NCBI GenBank assembly: GCA_030324005.1
Contig: JARDVH010000115.1
Span: 38,374,456-38,438,455, forward strand
Direction: 5' to 3'
Length of the DNA stretch: 64,000 bases
Origin: Negaprion brevirostris
Lineage: Eukaryota
Positions 53,401 through 61,329 of the stretch are shown here, one piece after another; positions within the stretch are counted from its first letter, which is position 1, and each line of letters opens with the position of its first letter. The notes beneath the pieces were generated by a model that ran no database searches, had not been told where the DNA came from, and worked only from the letters and a program-made list of their open reading frames with translations. The position numbers and the translations under genes are program-made.

Positions 53401-56400
53401 TTGCTTTTGCTCTTGAAGAGCAATGGTGACCAATAAACAAATGGTTTCATTGCTTACAGCCCCATTATAGACTTTCTGTTCATTGCTGGAGGGTGTGGGG
53501 TTTTCATTCCTGTGTTTCGTTTTTCCTATTGCTGAAGGAGCCCTTGAAACAATAGATAAAACTGGAGTTCCTCTTCAGAAAGGGAATAGGTAACCATCAG
53601 GAACAGTAAAAGACTCAGGAAGGTAATGCAGGAATTGCCTGTGGCCATCCTCTTCTCAAATAGACATACTGCTTTAGGGGGATGGCCTTTTGGGAAAGCA
53701 GCAGCAGTTGTCAAGTTCACAGAACCATGGGTTGCTCAGGGTTGGAAGGAAACTTATTGGCAGGGCTATAGTGAAAGGGGATTCAATAATTAGAGGCACA
53801 AACAGAAGATTCTGTGGCTGCACATGTCAATCAAGGATATTACGTTGCTTCCAGGATGTCAGGGAGCAGCTGTGAGGTGTTCTAGAGAGGGAAGGTAAAC
53901 GGCCAGTGGTCAAGCTATGCGTTGGTACCAATGACGTGGGGAGGGATGAGGGCTTGCAAGCTGAGTACAGGAAGTTAGAAGATAAATTACAATGCAAGAC
54001 CTCAAATGTAATAATCTCAGGATTATTCCAGTCCCACTTGCCAGCTAGAAAAGGAACAAGAGGAATGATATCTCAAATGATACAGGTGGGTTAGTGGAGT
54101 GGGTGATAAAGTGACTGACGGGATTTTAACACAAGTGTATTTAGCAAGGTCAAACAGTTATAGGGAGTACACCATAAATGGGAATATACTAAAAGATGAA
54201 GTGAGAGATCTTGGCACAAAGATTCTGTTTGTAATCTTTATTAATGATCTGGATGAGGGTATAGTTGGGTGGATCAGTAAATTTGCTGATGACACCAAGN
54301 NNNNNNNNNNNNNNNNNNNNNNNNNNNNNNNNNNNNNNNNNNNNNNNNNNNNNNNNNNNNNNNNNNNNNNNNNNNNNNNNNNNNNNNNNNNNNNNNNNNA
54401 CTGTTTTTGTAACTGGTCGGCGCAACATCGTGGGCCGAAGGGCCTGTTCTGCGCTGTAATGTTCTATGTTCTAAAAGTACACGGGTCCCTCAAGCCAGCA
54501 GTTTAAGTAGACAGGCTGAGGGGTGGCTTGATGACGTAAGATTTGAGGGGAAGAGAGAGTGGCAGAAAGCTCTAGAACTAGGGGATGTAAATTCAAGATA
54601 AGTAGTAGTTGGTGTACAGGGGAAAAGAGGAAGTTTTTTTTGCGCAGAGGGTAGTGGTGTCTGGAATTTGCTGCCTGGTTTAGTGGTGGAAGCAAAGATC
54701 CTAAATCTTTTTAAAGTACTTGGATCTGCACCTGTAAGCGCTATGGGCTGGGTGCAGGAAGGTGGGATTAGAAAGGGTACCTGGGTGTTCTTGGGTTGGC
54801 ACGGACAAGTTGGCCTGAATGGCCTACTACTTGCTGCAACCGTTCTCTGGTTTTATAATTGTCTATATTGTACATTTTATTTCAGAACAGCAAAACGTGG
54901 AAATTATAGACTTAGTTTTTCTGCATATAAAGTAACTCCTTAAAAGAGAACTTGTCTCGAATGCAATGTGGAATTAAGCACATTAGTTTGAAGAAGCAGA
55001 TTGAGTGAAAAATTTCCTGTAATTATTTGTGATACGTGAACACACCAATTGGTGCAGTCACTCCCTTTTGCATGCTTTGACTTTTCGGAAATTCTTGAGC
55101 ACCAATTCATAATCATTTTATTTTGTAGGCTTCAGCTTTATGCATGTTGGAACAGATGCAAAAAGGGTGAGTCACTTTTGTTGTTTAGTTTTAAACCAGC
55201 ATTGTTTTGTCACTCTTGCATAAGATTGTGTCTTTTTAACCAGTNNNNNNNNNNAGAACGTGATGAAAAAATAAAAACAGTTGAGGAGCTGTTGGAAACT
55301 GGACTTATTCAAGTGGCGACCAAAGGGGAAGAAATTGAGGTAGGTCCAGCATTTCAGATTATCCATCGCAGAAAGCAACTTTTAGCTGTGATTTAAGAAA
55401 TCAGGTTTCTTAGTTCCATTTTCCTTTGACCATCCAATTACTCTAACTTCAACGTATCAGTGCAGTTGATGGAGTTAGATGGCAGATCAGCAAAGATCTC
55501 ACTGAATGGCAAACAGCCTCAGAATTAAAAGGCGTCCTCTGGTATTAAAGCATCCTGACTATTTCCAGGCAAATAAAAGGCTCCCTATCTTTGCCCTGCA
55601 TTCTTAGCAGAGTTACTAGAAAGCCAGAGACTTGGCTCAACTATTCTTGGCCCAAACCAACACATTTTTTGACATTTTGCTATTGTGAAATGAAGTAGCT
55701 CAAGTATATTGTATTTCTTGCTATGGTAACCTTGACTTTACTGTAATATGTGATGAAATGGAAGCACTTTTGAATCTTTGAATGCACCACACAAGGCAAA
55801 TGACCCAGAAATTTCTGATTTGTTGTAAATCTGAATTGAACCAATTGAATTTTGTATTTTGCGCACCATTTTCAAGGACTTGAGGGAAGAAAATAGAACG
55901 TTAAAACAAGAGATTCAAGAGCTTCAGATGCGACATGCTGAACAGGTAAGTATAATTTTATTTTTGGACAGTTTCAAATGCGTCAAACTTAAAGCATTAA
56001 ACAGGCAGATGTTAGTCAAAATAACTGAAATAGCCAATGTTATCCATACTGCTTCACTTGTATGAAGGCAGATGGCACAAGTTGTCAATCCGACATTAAT
56101 AAATGCACAAGAAAAGCTATTAATTGTGAACCAGCCATTTGCAGAATCTCAACTTGTTTCTTGAATCAGAATCTGCCATGAAGTAAATCACTCACTCATT
56201 TCAGCTGCTAGTTTTCTTCACCTCAGGCAAGTATACTCAAATTTTATCCGAACGCACAGTAATATAATTGAATTTGTAATGCTGCTTTCTTCTTCAAAAT
56301 ATTTTCACTAAATTCATCCCACATCACAGAATAAAAATATACCTAAATAGAGTTTTTTTTTAAGGGATGACATAGCTACTTAATCTCTCAAAATTCTGTT

Positions 56401-59400
56401 TGTATTTCTCTATGCAATTCTTTAATGCTAGTGAGGTGGGCAGTATTCTTTAGTTTTATTTATCAGGTGACCTGATGAAGGGNNNNNNNNNNNNNNNNNN
56501 NNNNNNNNNNNNNNNNNNNNNNCTGCTGGACTTTAACCTGGTGTTGTGAAACTTCTTGCAGTTTTTTAATAGCAGAGAGTGTTTCCAGATAATATCGAGC
56601 AGACATTGTTTGAGTAATAAAATTAGCCAGACCCATGATGTAGAAGCCAGTTAGCTTTCTAAATCTTGTACATGAGGGTTTTCTTCCCACCTTGTGCTTT
56701 TTCTTTGCCCCATCCTTTCAGCTGCATCAAATTATGGTATTCCTGTAGCATGATACCCCCCAGATTAAAAATGTGTCCTTAATTTATGGCAACAAAAGTT
56801 AATGGTTACATTGTCCACATTTCCTCTACGTTACTAAGCTGAATTCAGTTGTGCCTATATAGTGGTCATCCCTGCACATGGAACGTAATTAGAATTAATG
56901 ATTGGCACGTTCTGGCAGCACTATACCAAAATCATATTTATTGCTATAATGTCAAATAGATTCCAGCAGTTGATGGTGTTTCAAATTTGGGTTGGTCTTT
57001 TAAATGGATTGAACCAGATAATGGTTCATTTTGTGTTATAAACTGTTGCTCTGCAATTTACCTGGGAGCTTTTAACGTGCACTTGCCCCAGTTTAAGGTT
57101 ACTTATATCTCCAAGGCTATATACTGAATGTGCTATCAACTGAGCTATAGCTGAGTCTTTAGCAACTAAATTGTTTCCGTTTGCACTTATAAGCTAATTT
57201 GGGGAATTTGTTTTTGTTTAATCTGCTTTGTGACTTGCTTTGAAATTAAATGAATTTCCTTTATTGCTGTAATTTATTTGTCCAAGGTGTTTAGGGGTAT
57301 TAGTTACTGTGAACTAATACAGTGTCTCTTTTGCTACCTTGACCATCTTAGGTTGCTTCTGCATCCATGGTGGCAGAACTTCAGAAAACGTGAGTATTAT
57401 GTTATTGAACAGTCACAATATACTTCAGGTCCTTTTTTAACACATGCTAATACCTACTTCTTTAATCGCAGAATTAATGAGAAGAATGAAAAAATTGCCT
57501 CCATTGAAGGTCTGCTGGATTCACAGTTGTGCGCAATCGAAAACAGCGAGAAAACAATGCAGGTACTCCGTCTTTAACTTTCTTGTTTGAAAAGTGATTT
57601 GTCCTAAGCACTTGTTTCTCCTCTCCCTTCTGTGGGTCATCTATTCTTCTCCAATCTACTGTGGTGATTTCTCACCATATCCTCCCATCTGTTGTTAGGC
57701 TGCTGCCACCTTCTTCCGGACAATTCCATCTCCGTTACTCACCTCGTCACATTTTCCCCCTCTTGTTTTTTTGTTCTTTTTCATTACTTATGCCCATCTC
57801 AGCGTCCACGTCTCCTATAAACATCTAGTCATTGTTTCTCTGTTCTGGATGTTGCCCAAGTTTCATCTGTAACATGGCTGTGTTTGCCTTGCCTTTGAGT
57901 TTCAGTTATACTTTGCTATTCATTCTCCACTGTACTTCTTCAGTCACTCCAGTCAAAGCTAATCTGTTGCTTCCAACTTCTAACATCACTGACCCCAGAC
58001 AGTAGTTTGAATGTTCCTGTTCCCCATACAGTGATTGTAATTTTTTTCAAATTTAACATGTTATTAATGTAGCACCATTTGTAAAAAAAAAAGTGTTTTT
58101 GTCTTCAAAGGCTTTAAAAGAGGACAATGAGATGCTCCGAGAGCAAGCATTAAATGTTCAACAGGTAAATTAATTGCCTCAAAGTTTTGTTCTTTGAAAT
58201 GAAATAGGACCAATAAGATGGATATTAAAGGAGCAATGATGCACTGGAGTCTTGCATGAATGATCCACCCTTGTGTCTACTAATGTACTTAAAAATGTGG
58301 CAATTTAAGCTGCATTTGGTGATGTAACTTCCAGATAATTTTTTTTGTTTGGGAGGATTGCAATTAAGTGAATTTGCATTTAAGAAAAAACTTCTCCAAG
58401 ATAATGACTTTAAATTTTGATGGAACTTCATTCTGAATTCATAGGTTTCTACTTCAGTCAAACTGGAAAATCTTGAGAAAATGTAAGTTTTTTTTTCAGT
58501 ATGTTGAAACATTAATTAATGAAGAATATCGCTTCTCTGATGTTAGTTTTCTTTTGCCTAAAGAATTGGAATGCAAGAACAAGAAATTAACTCGTTGAAA
58601 GCTGCACTGGCAGACAGTCGAGAAGCAGCTGCTGACAAGATGGCTGAAATTCAGGTAACATGCATTTATTAAGGCAGAACCAGTGGCCACTTTGGCTTCT
58701 CAACTTCTTTTGGAGAAAGTAAACTAGAAAGCAGGATAGAACAAATCTCCATCTTTGTTATTCCCTATTGTCCTCAGAATTGAGAGAAGGTGGTGGGCCT
58801 ATTAACTGGCCCACACTCATTCTAGGGAGAAACTGAGATCATTAAACTTCCAAGCAGAGAGTTTCAGCACAAACCTACATGGCATCTGATACAGCATGCT
58901 GGTTCTCCACTATAGTTCCTCACCACATTAACCTCTTTTTTTAAAAAAAAAATGTTAAAATGTGTCCTCTTTTGATTCTTTCAATCGATAATCTAGAAAT
59001 CACAACTTGTTTATACTTTGTTAACTAGATTGTTTATCTATTCTTAACTGAATATTTTAGTCACAATTGTATACTTTACTGCAAGCTTGATTAGTAGTAA
59101 TAGCTTTTGGTGCGTCTTTGATATGCTGTAAATGGTCTTTCAGAATGCTTTATTACAAATGAAAACTTATGAAGATTGTAAATATGAACTATTGTATAAT
59201 TTAATCTAGTTACTTAAACGCATATGCTCTTGATAGTTCAGGCATACTTGCCATTTGCTTGATTTTGCCTTTTCCTCTGTGAAGAGCACTTTTTTGGTCA
59301 ATCCTGTGTACCTGGAAACAAATGGATTTATTTCAATCCCAGGTACATTTCAACTTGGATGTTGAGTATCTACAGTCCATCTTGCTTCAATAAATTCAAA

Positions 59401-59565
59401 ATATTGCAATGGTCCTTGATAGTTCTTGAAATTTGTGTGCATTTTGTTTGGAATTTTTATATTTTTGGCTTTATATTTCCTTTTTGGTTTTAATAGGATG
59501 TTCTGAAGGAAAATAATGAATTGAAATTGAAGATCCACCAGTTATATTTACAAATCAATGAACAA
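7901..59565 (+). CDS. KTN1: Kinectin (KTN1), ER membrane coiled-coil protein; 23 coding exons in window, 3' incomplete
   Basis: N-terminus MEFYDSQYLLIIIPAVVIAIIFLFFWLFMKETSYDEILAKQKR (TM anchor plus Lys-rich segment typical of kinectin/RRBP1). Downstream peptides FKDFLSSLKTM, ELNKLRQDYARL, DTMVSKQQLEQ and KTVEELLETGLIQVATK match vertebrate kinectin. All exons splice GT-AG with consistent phase. Confidence 0.96.
9851..10167 (+). mobile_element. V-SINE (HE1-like) tRNA-derived SINE, tail type A
   Basis: A box ggtggcacagtg, B box gggttcaattc, core gtggagttt...gggtttcctctgggtgctctggtttcct, ends gggattctatga. Confidence 0.85.
11375..11893 (+). mobile_element. 5'-truncated CR1 LINE
   Basis: RT C-terminal remnants (agaccacacctggaatactg = RPHLEY; RRNFFTQRVVNLWNSL) and CR1 tail. 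Confidence 0.85.
12198..12311 (+). CDS. KTN1: Candidate alternative (cassette) KTN1 exon, 114 nt, AATVSEQFDSYQIYPDRLETTAHFAEPIGGVSSLWKQD
   Basis: Acceptor ttttgctttatttttag, donor A|gtaagt, symmetric phase 1-1, no stop in the KTN1 frame; no homology support. Confidence 0.45.
13248..14595. mobile_element. Penelope-like element with inverted terminal arms and GIY-YIG C-terminal remnant
   Basis: 14113-14305 (+) encodes QDCSLPVGEHFSNHGHSASDLRVSVLQG...EQRLIAKFCTHEDSLNQD. Part of 13248-13351 is the reverse complement of 14528-14595. Imperfect flanking direct repeat tgtcaccac-tatcctg / tgtgaccacctatcctg. Interior is mostly N. Confidence 0.8.
14616..14947 (+). mobile_element. V-SINE (HE1-like), tail type A
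   Basis: Same head, core and gggttctatg tail as the 9851 copy. Confidence 0.8.
15228..15480 (-). mobile_element. CR1 3' end, reverse orientation
   Basis: Reverse-complement similarity to 54600-54860 (ggatctacacc..., gggattagaatggg..., tgaatggcct). Confidence 0.6.
16110..16271 (+). CDS. KTN1: KTN1 coding exon 2 (DEPAQD...KKQRVEP)
   Basis: ttcttgcag|AT...CCAG|gtcagt; 162 nt, phase 1-1. Confidence 0.9.
16360..16536 (+). CDS. KTN1: KTN1 coding exon 3 (VSASVENLP...KKQRNEYDK)
   Basis: gtgttgcag|TT...AAAG|gtaatc; 177 nt, phase 1-1; follows an 88-nt intron. Confidence 0.9.
18752..19224 (+). mobile_element. 5'-truncated CR1 LINE
   Basis: Encodes FRSELRRNFFTQRVVNLWNSLP; near-identical to 11540-11893. 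Confidence 0.87.
19228..19630 (-). mobile_element. Decayed CR1-clade LINE RT fragment
   Basis: Similar to 32640-33100 (cattgcctggcatttgtgtggtgcgaatgt...aagcctga; ctgcttcagcatctgagg). Confidence 0.55.
20030..20470 (+). repeat. Purine-rich degenerate tandem repeat (gggtttgggaagaggggctgctgagtgagtga), probably a CR1 5'UTR array
   Basis: About 8 degenerate units directly upstream of CR1 ORF1/ORF2 remnants. Confidence 0.65.
20580..22540 (+). mobile_element. Old CR1 element (ORF1 SGNH esterase end plus ORF2 APE) interrupted by a younger CR1 3' fragment (about 21050-22078)
   Basis: DLYKL..LHLN..GTNILAGRFASAVGEDLN (ORF1 end); MYANVQCIVNNIAELQAQI and VSGEHLEDSDH (APE) lie on either side of an RT/3'-tail fragment. 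Confidence 0.75.
21250..21571 (+). mobile_element. Non-autonomous palindromic Penelope-derived element with 12-bp TSD
   Basis: Arms 21247-21377 and 21407-21537 are reverse complements. TSD cattggaggcag at 21238-21249 and 21572-21583. Same terminal sequence as the 13248-14595 element. Confidence 0.85.
24085..24325 (+). mobile_element. CR1 LINE fragment collapsed by an N gap
   Basis: KLQQDIDRMQDWAEKW (CR1 RT), then a gap, then the CR1 tail. Confidence 0.8.
25364..25494 (+). CDS. KTN1: KTN1 coding exon 4 (ENADIKFKDFLSSLKTMTFTEEEAVHVVDILKEKAMVLQDIWQK)
   Basis: ttttcag|AA...AAA|gtaagt; 131 nt, phase 1-0; strongly kinectin-like peptide. Confidence 0.93.
25853..26150 (+). mobile_element. V-SINE (HE1-like), tail type B
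   Basis: ggcagcacggtggcacagtagttagcactg...ggttcgattccc head; tail ...gcagtgttaatgtaagcctacttgtgactaataaataaa. Confidence 0.85.
26661..29069 (-). mobile_element. Internally deleted Gypsy (Mag/K02A2.6-like) LTR retrotransposon
   Basis: Direct repeats of about 190 bp (26661-26847 and about 28871-29069), each starting TGTTA on the minus strand; purine-rich tract AAGTGGGGTGAAG before the 3' LTR. Minus-strand remnants: gag KTYKLVRNL..HNPNPSVIAQCFKFH and QDRLICCI, knuckle HCCNKGHLAKK, protease VDTGAS, integrase FQEFMQRNG..PTSNDLAEQSVQ..LSPPEL and C-terminal VRNFGS..GRGIRRYQDHI. Confidence 0.82.
28178..28468 (-). mobile_element. V-SINE (HE1-like), tail type B, inserted into the Gypsy gag region
   Basis: Reverse complement of the 25853 copy. 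Confidence 0.8.
29945..30105. mobile_element. Short decayed shark repeat with inverted ends (aaaatgctgga...tccagcatttt), probably Penelope-related
   Basis: gacctgctgagtatttccagcattttgttttt end, with partially complementary aatgctggaaa upstream. Confidence 0.45.
30218..30340 (+). CDS. KTN1: KTN1 coding exon 5 (PGIKCD...KCKQLNQ)
   Basis: tttcttgcag|CCT...CAG|gtaata; 123 nt, phase 0-0. Confidence 0.92.
30455..30598 (+). CDS. KTN1: KTN1 coding exon 6 (ELVTEKQKANVVE...NETQMQ)
   Basis: ttcccattag|GAG...CAG|gtaatg; 144 nt, phase 0-0. Confidence 0.9.
32105..33280 (-). mobile_element. Decayed CR1-clade LINE (family with ggcaattagggatggg tail)
   Basis: Starts with the reverse-complement tail catccctaaattgccc; RT remnants continue to about 33250. 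Confidence 0.65.
33453..33547 (+). CDS. KTN1: KTN1 coding exon 7 (FRQLQEQTEALKQENRILRDAVSKAPSQLESK)
   Basis: ttccttcag|TTT...AA|gtgagt; 95 nt, phase 0-2. Confidence 0.92.
34995..35297 (+). mobile_element. V-SINE (HE1-like), tail type A
   Basis: gggcagcatggtggcacagtggttagca...gggttcaattcc...gggattctatga. Confidence 0.87.
35975..36690 (-). mobile_element. Tx1/L1-clade LINE, 3' end of ORF2 (zf-RVT region)
   Basis: Minus-strand WQNASS..LVARRALHVRPF..C..AHLPVECAFAKV..SSSVTKDSV..CCWR..KDAL, typical of the Tx1 ORF2 C-terminus. Confidence 0.75.
37019..37163 (+). CDS. KTN1: KTN1 coding exon 8 (QSTELNKLRQDYARLMNELTEK...QQLK)
   Basis: tgcag|G...AAG|gtacaa; 145 nt, phase 2-0. Confidence 0.93.
37900..39650 (+). 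mobile_element. Highly decayed L2-like LINE interrupted by a SINE and a reverse CR1 tail
   Basis: Pyrimidine-rich RT remnants (gggcttccacccttg, tctggtattcccaagcatctatcct, tacattggttccc). Confidence 0.5.
38930..39240 (+). mobile_element. V-SINE (HE1-like)
   Basis: gtggttagcactgctg...gggtttcctctgggtgctccagtttcctcc core. Confidence 0.8.
40885..40996 (+). CDS. KTN1: KTN1 coding exon 9 (TQLQEEVERRQEDMQKYLR...GAKQ)
   Basis: ttttattttcag|ACT...AAG|gtaatt; 112 nt, phase 0-1. Confidence 0.92.
41622..41790 (-). mobile_element. V-SINE 3' part (tail type A), reverse orientation
   Basis: atagaatccctatagtgcagaaggaagccattc is the reverse complement of the type A tail. Confidence 0.65.
43865..44052 (+). 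CDS. KTN1: KTN1 coding exon 10 (DLQSKLLVAENE...KKQVQ)
   Basis: atag|AT...CAG|gtactg; 188 nt, phase 1-0; contains DTMVSKQQLEQKIMQL. Confidence 0.93.
45372..45570 (+). mobile_element. V-SINE (HE1-like), partial
   Basis: gcagcatggtggcacagtggttagcact head and degenerate core. Confidence 0.75.
46185..46253 (+). CDS. KTN1: KTN1 coding exon 11 (module 1, 69-nt type: ELLDQKQAMSVQIQNLHIQLKSQ)
   Basis: caaag|GAA...CAG|gtaaag; phase 0-0. Confidence 0.88.
47378..47415 (+). CDS. KTN1: KTN1 coding exon 12 (module 1, 38-nt type: TATVCLVDELQKT)
   Basis: catgtag|ACT...AC|gtaagt; phase 0-2. Confidence 0.88.
48575..48665 (+). CDS. KTN1: KTN1 coding exon 13 (module 1, 91-nt type: IAEKDKQIKLMEESL...KEQDIQ)
   Basis: ttcaaag|G...CAA|gtaaat; phase 2-0. 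Confidence 0.9.
50219..50291 (+). tRNA. tRNA-Ala(TGC) gene or pseudogene, 73 nt
   Basis: GGGGAATTAGCTCAAATGGTAGAGCACTCGCTTTGCATGTGAGAGGTAGTGGGATCAATGCCCACATTCTCCA folds as a cloverleaf: acceptor stem with G3:U70 alanine identity pair, D stem GCTC/GAGC, anticodon TGC, T stem GTGGG/CCCAC. TTTT at 50298-50301. Confidence 0.85.
50302..50620 (+). mobile_element. V-SINE (HE1-like), tail type A, immediately 3' of the tRNA-Ala copy
   Basis: cagtggttagcactgct...gggattctatga. Confidence 0.82.
52302..52360. mobile_element. Tiny hAT-type MITE remnant
   Basis: ggtctccaaa ... tttggagacccctg, matching the CAGGGGTCTCCAAA hAT TIR; left end lost in an N gap. Confidence 0.55.
53057..53125 (+). CDS. KTN1: KTN1 coding exon 14 (module 2, 69-nt type: SLQKEKNTLTAEVQKLQVQTSEQ)
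   Basis: acttag|AGT...CAG|gtaagt; phase 0-0. Confidence 0.9.
53530..54095 (+). mobile_element. CR1 ORF1 (SGNH/GDSL esterase) remnant
   Basis: RAIVKGDSIIRGTNRRFCG and VGTND motifs. Confidence 0.7.
54130..54860 (+). mobile_element. CR1 3' fragment with a nested younger CR1 (about 54222-54473, collapsed by a gap)
   Basis: FVIFINDLDEGIVGWISKFADDTK, then 100 N, then tail gggccgaagggcctgttctgcgctgtaatgttctatgttcta. Confidence 0.75.
55129..55166 (+). CDS. KTN1: KTN1 coding exon 15 (module 2, 38-nt type: ASALCMLEQMQKG)
   Basis: ttttgtag|GCT...GG|gtgagt; phase 0-2. Confidence 0.88.
55244..55339 (+). CDS. KTN1: KTN1 coding exon 16 (module 2, 91-nt type: ..ERDEKIKTVEELLETGLIQVATKGEEIE); contains a 10-N gap
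   Basis: ttaaccag|T...GAG|gtaggt; highly conserved kinectin peptide; spans 96 nt as assembled because of the N placeholder. Confidence 0.9.
55877..55945 (+). CDS. KTN1: KTN1 coding exon 17 (module 3, 69-nt type: DLREENRTLKQEIQELQMRHAEQ)
   Basis: ttttcaag|GAC...CAG|gtaagt; phase 0-0. Confidence 0.9.
56465..56558 (+). mobile_element. Penelope terminal-repeat fragment
   Basis: cctgatgaaggg...ctgctggactttaacctggtgttgtgaaacttctt, same family as the 13248 and 21250 elements. Confidence 0.7.
57352..57389 (+). CDS. KTN1: KTN1 coding exon 18 (module 3, 38-nt type: VASASMVAELQKT)
   Basis: catcttag|GTT...AC|gtgagt; phase 0-2. Confidence 0.89.
57472..57562 (+). CDS. KTN1: KTN1 coding exon 19 (module 3, 91-nt type: INEKNEKIASIEGLLDSQL...EKTMQ)
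   Basis: tttaatcgcag|A...CAG|gtactc; phase 2-0. Confidence 0.9.
58111..58164 (+). CDS. KTN1: KTN1 coding exon 20 (module 4, shortened 54-nt: ALKEDNEMLREQALNVQQ)
   Basis: gtcttcaaag|GCT...CAG|gtaaat; phase 0-0. Confidence 0.86.
58445..58482 (+). CDS. KTN1: KTN1 coding exon 21 (module 4, 38-nt type: VSTSVKLENLEKI)
   Basis: ttcatag|GTT...AT|gtaagt; phase 0-2. Confidence 0.86.
58564..58654 (+). CDS. KTN1: KTN1 coding exon 22 (module 4, 91-nt type: IGMQEQEINSLKAALADSREAAADKMAEIQ)
   Basis: ttttgcctaaag|A...CAG|gtaaca; phase 2-0. Confidence 0.87.
59497..59565 (+). CDS. KTN1: KTN1 coding exon 23 (module 5, 69-nt type: DVLKENNELKLKIHQLYLQINEQ)
   Basis: ttttaatag|GAT...CAA|gtaagt; phase 0-0; no following 38-nt exon found inside the window. 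Confidence 0.87.
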
Positions 59566-61329
59566 GTAAGTATTTGGACTCCAAACCCATAATATTCACC
59601 TGATTTTGAATTTTCCTTTTGATCAGTATATTCTCACGTCCTGTAGACGTGGACCAATTGCAACATTACTATCAAATTAAGTTTAGTATTCACTTTTTTT
59701 CTTGTGCCCCTGTTTCTTGTGTATTTTTCATGGCCTTTCCCTATAACCTCGTTTTTGAGATGTGGCTGTTCTTTGTGCTACATCTCGGTCTTGAATGTGA
59801 CCCTTAAATCTCAGTGGCCAGACTGAAGACAGTACTCTGATTACAATTCTGTGACAAGTGTTTTATTTGTACTCTGATTAATGGAATGTAAAGCTATATT
59901 GTATAAGTAGACTGAGGAAAAATCTGCCACACCTAATGGAATTGTAATTTATTATAAAAATTAAATAATTTAGAGGTGAGATACTATGTTTTCATTGGTC
60001 ACCTGAATTGAGTAGCTGAGGAAATATATGTAACCTTTGATTTATGATGTATGTTTTTTCCTCTAATCTTCAGTCTTTGTAACAATTTTTGACCTGGAAG
60101 GCTACTCAATTGAGATTTATAAGATTGCTTTTGGACTGTACTTTAACGTGGAGTTGTGTCTGAAGTCTGCCTGCCAGCAGACCTAGGTGGATTGATTAAT
60201 AGAGATTAACAAAACAGCAGAGGTTGGTTTACTGGGGACAAGATGCAAAGTACTTGTGTTTGGAGACAATGGCAACAGCCTGTGTACAAACAGGCTAAGT
60301 CTACAAAGACCCAGAAAAGTGTTAAAAACATTGGTTTGTAAACAGTTGTGCTTTAAACTGTCCATTTAGTTCTAAGAGTTATCCTCTTGAGGATAGCTAA
60401 TCGGCATTTCCAAGTGGATTGAGACCCAAGTGATGTATGCTGCCAAGGAAATGGGCTTTAAAAGGGAAAGAATTTCTAAGATATCCATGAAATACTCAGG
60501 CATGGTCTGTCAGGGTCTAGGGAGAGAGAGCAAAAGTGCAGCAAGAAGCTAAATGTTTCTGTGGCTCACATACAGGAATGTGGTTGGGGATTTGTGTTTG
60601 ACTTGTAAAAATAAAATTTGTGATAAATTAAAAAGAAGCTGATTGTTTGGTTCCTGGAGAATTGAATGTCTACTTAAAGGGCAGTGTAACATGGGGTGCC
60701 TGACCTGTTCATGTGAGGGCACACATTTCAATGTCCTTACTACAATGTGGTGTTGAGTAAGTTTCAGAAAGACAAGACGCTTGAAATTTATCTCTACATT
60801 GATCAGAACAGCAAAAATGTACATTATGAACAAGCTTCAAATGAGAAGTCTGCTTTATTAGCAAGCTTGATGAGAATTTTGACTTTCAACAGTTGCTTGA
60901 CTGGGTATCAGAGTCGGTCATTGACCATGAGGTGATGGGAGAATGGTACTCCTGCTCTTTACTCCACTTAGTCTTTTTCTTTATCTTGCGCTCCCCTTCT
61001 CTTTTTTTTGCCTTTCACTTCCCTCTTTGCTCTTCCCTTCTCGCTCTTGCACCCTCTCCTTCTCTCACTCTCATCAACTTATGCTTGTTCCATTCTTTGC
61101 TTTTATTTGCGAGAATGTGCAAGGGTACAGGGTTAAAAGGAGGCAATGTCATAATGCTTAGTTGGAGAGCTGGTGCAGCCACAATGGGATGAATGGCCAC
61201 CTTCTTTGTAACACCTCAAATTCATTCTCTCCCTTCTCTTTGATCTTCATACTCTTACACTCGCCTTTGTGTGCTATCCCCTCCCACACCACCTAGGAGA
61301 CAGAAATTTCTGAAGTTTGTTGTTGGCTG

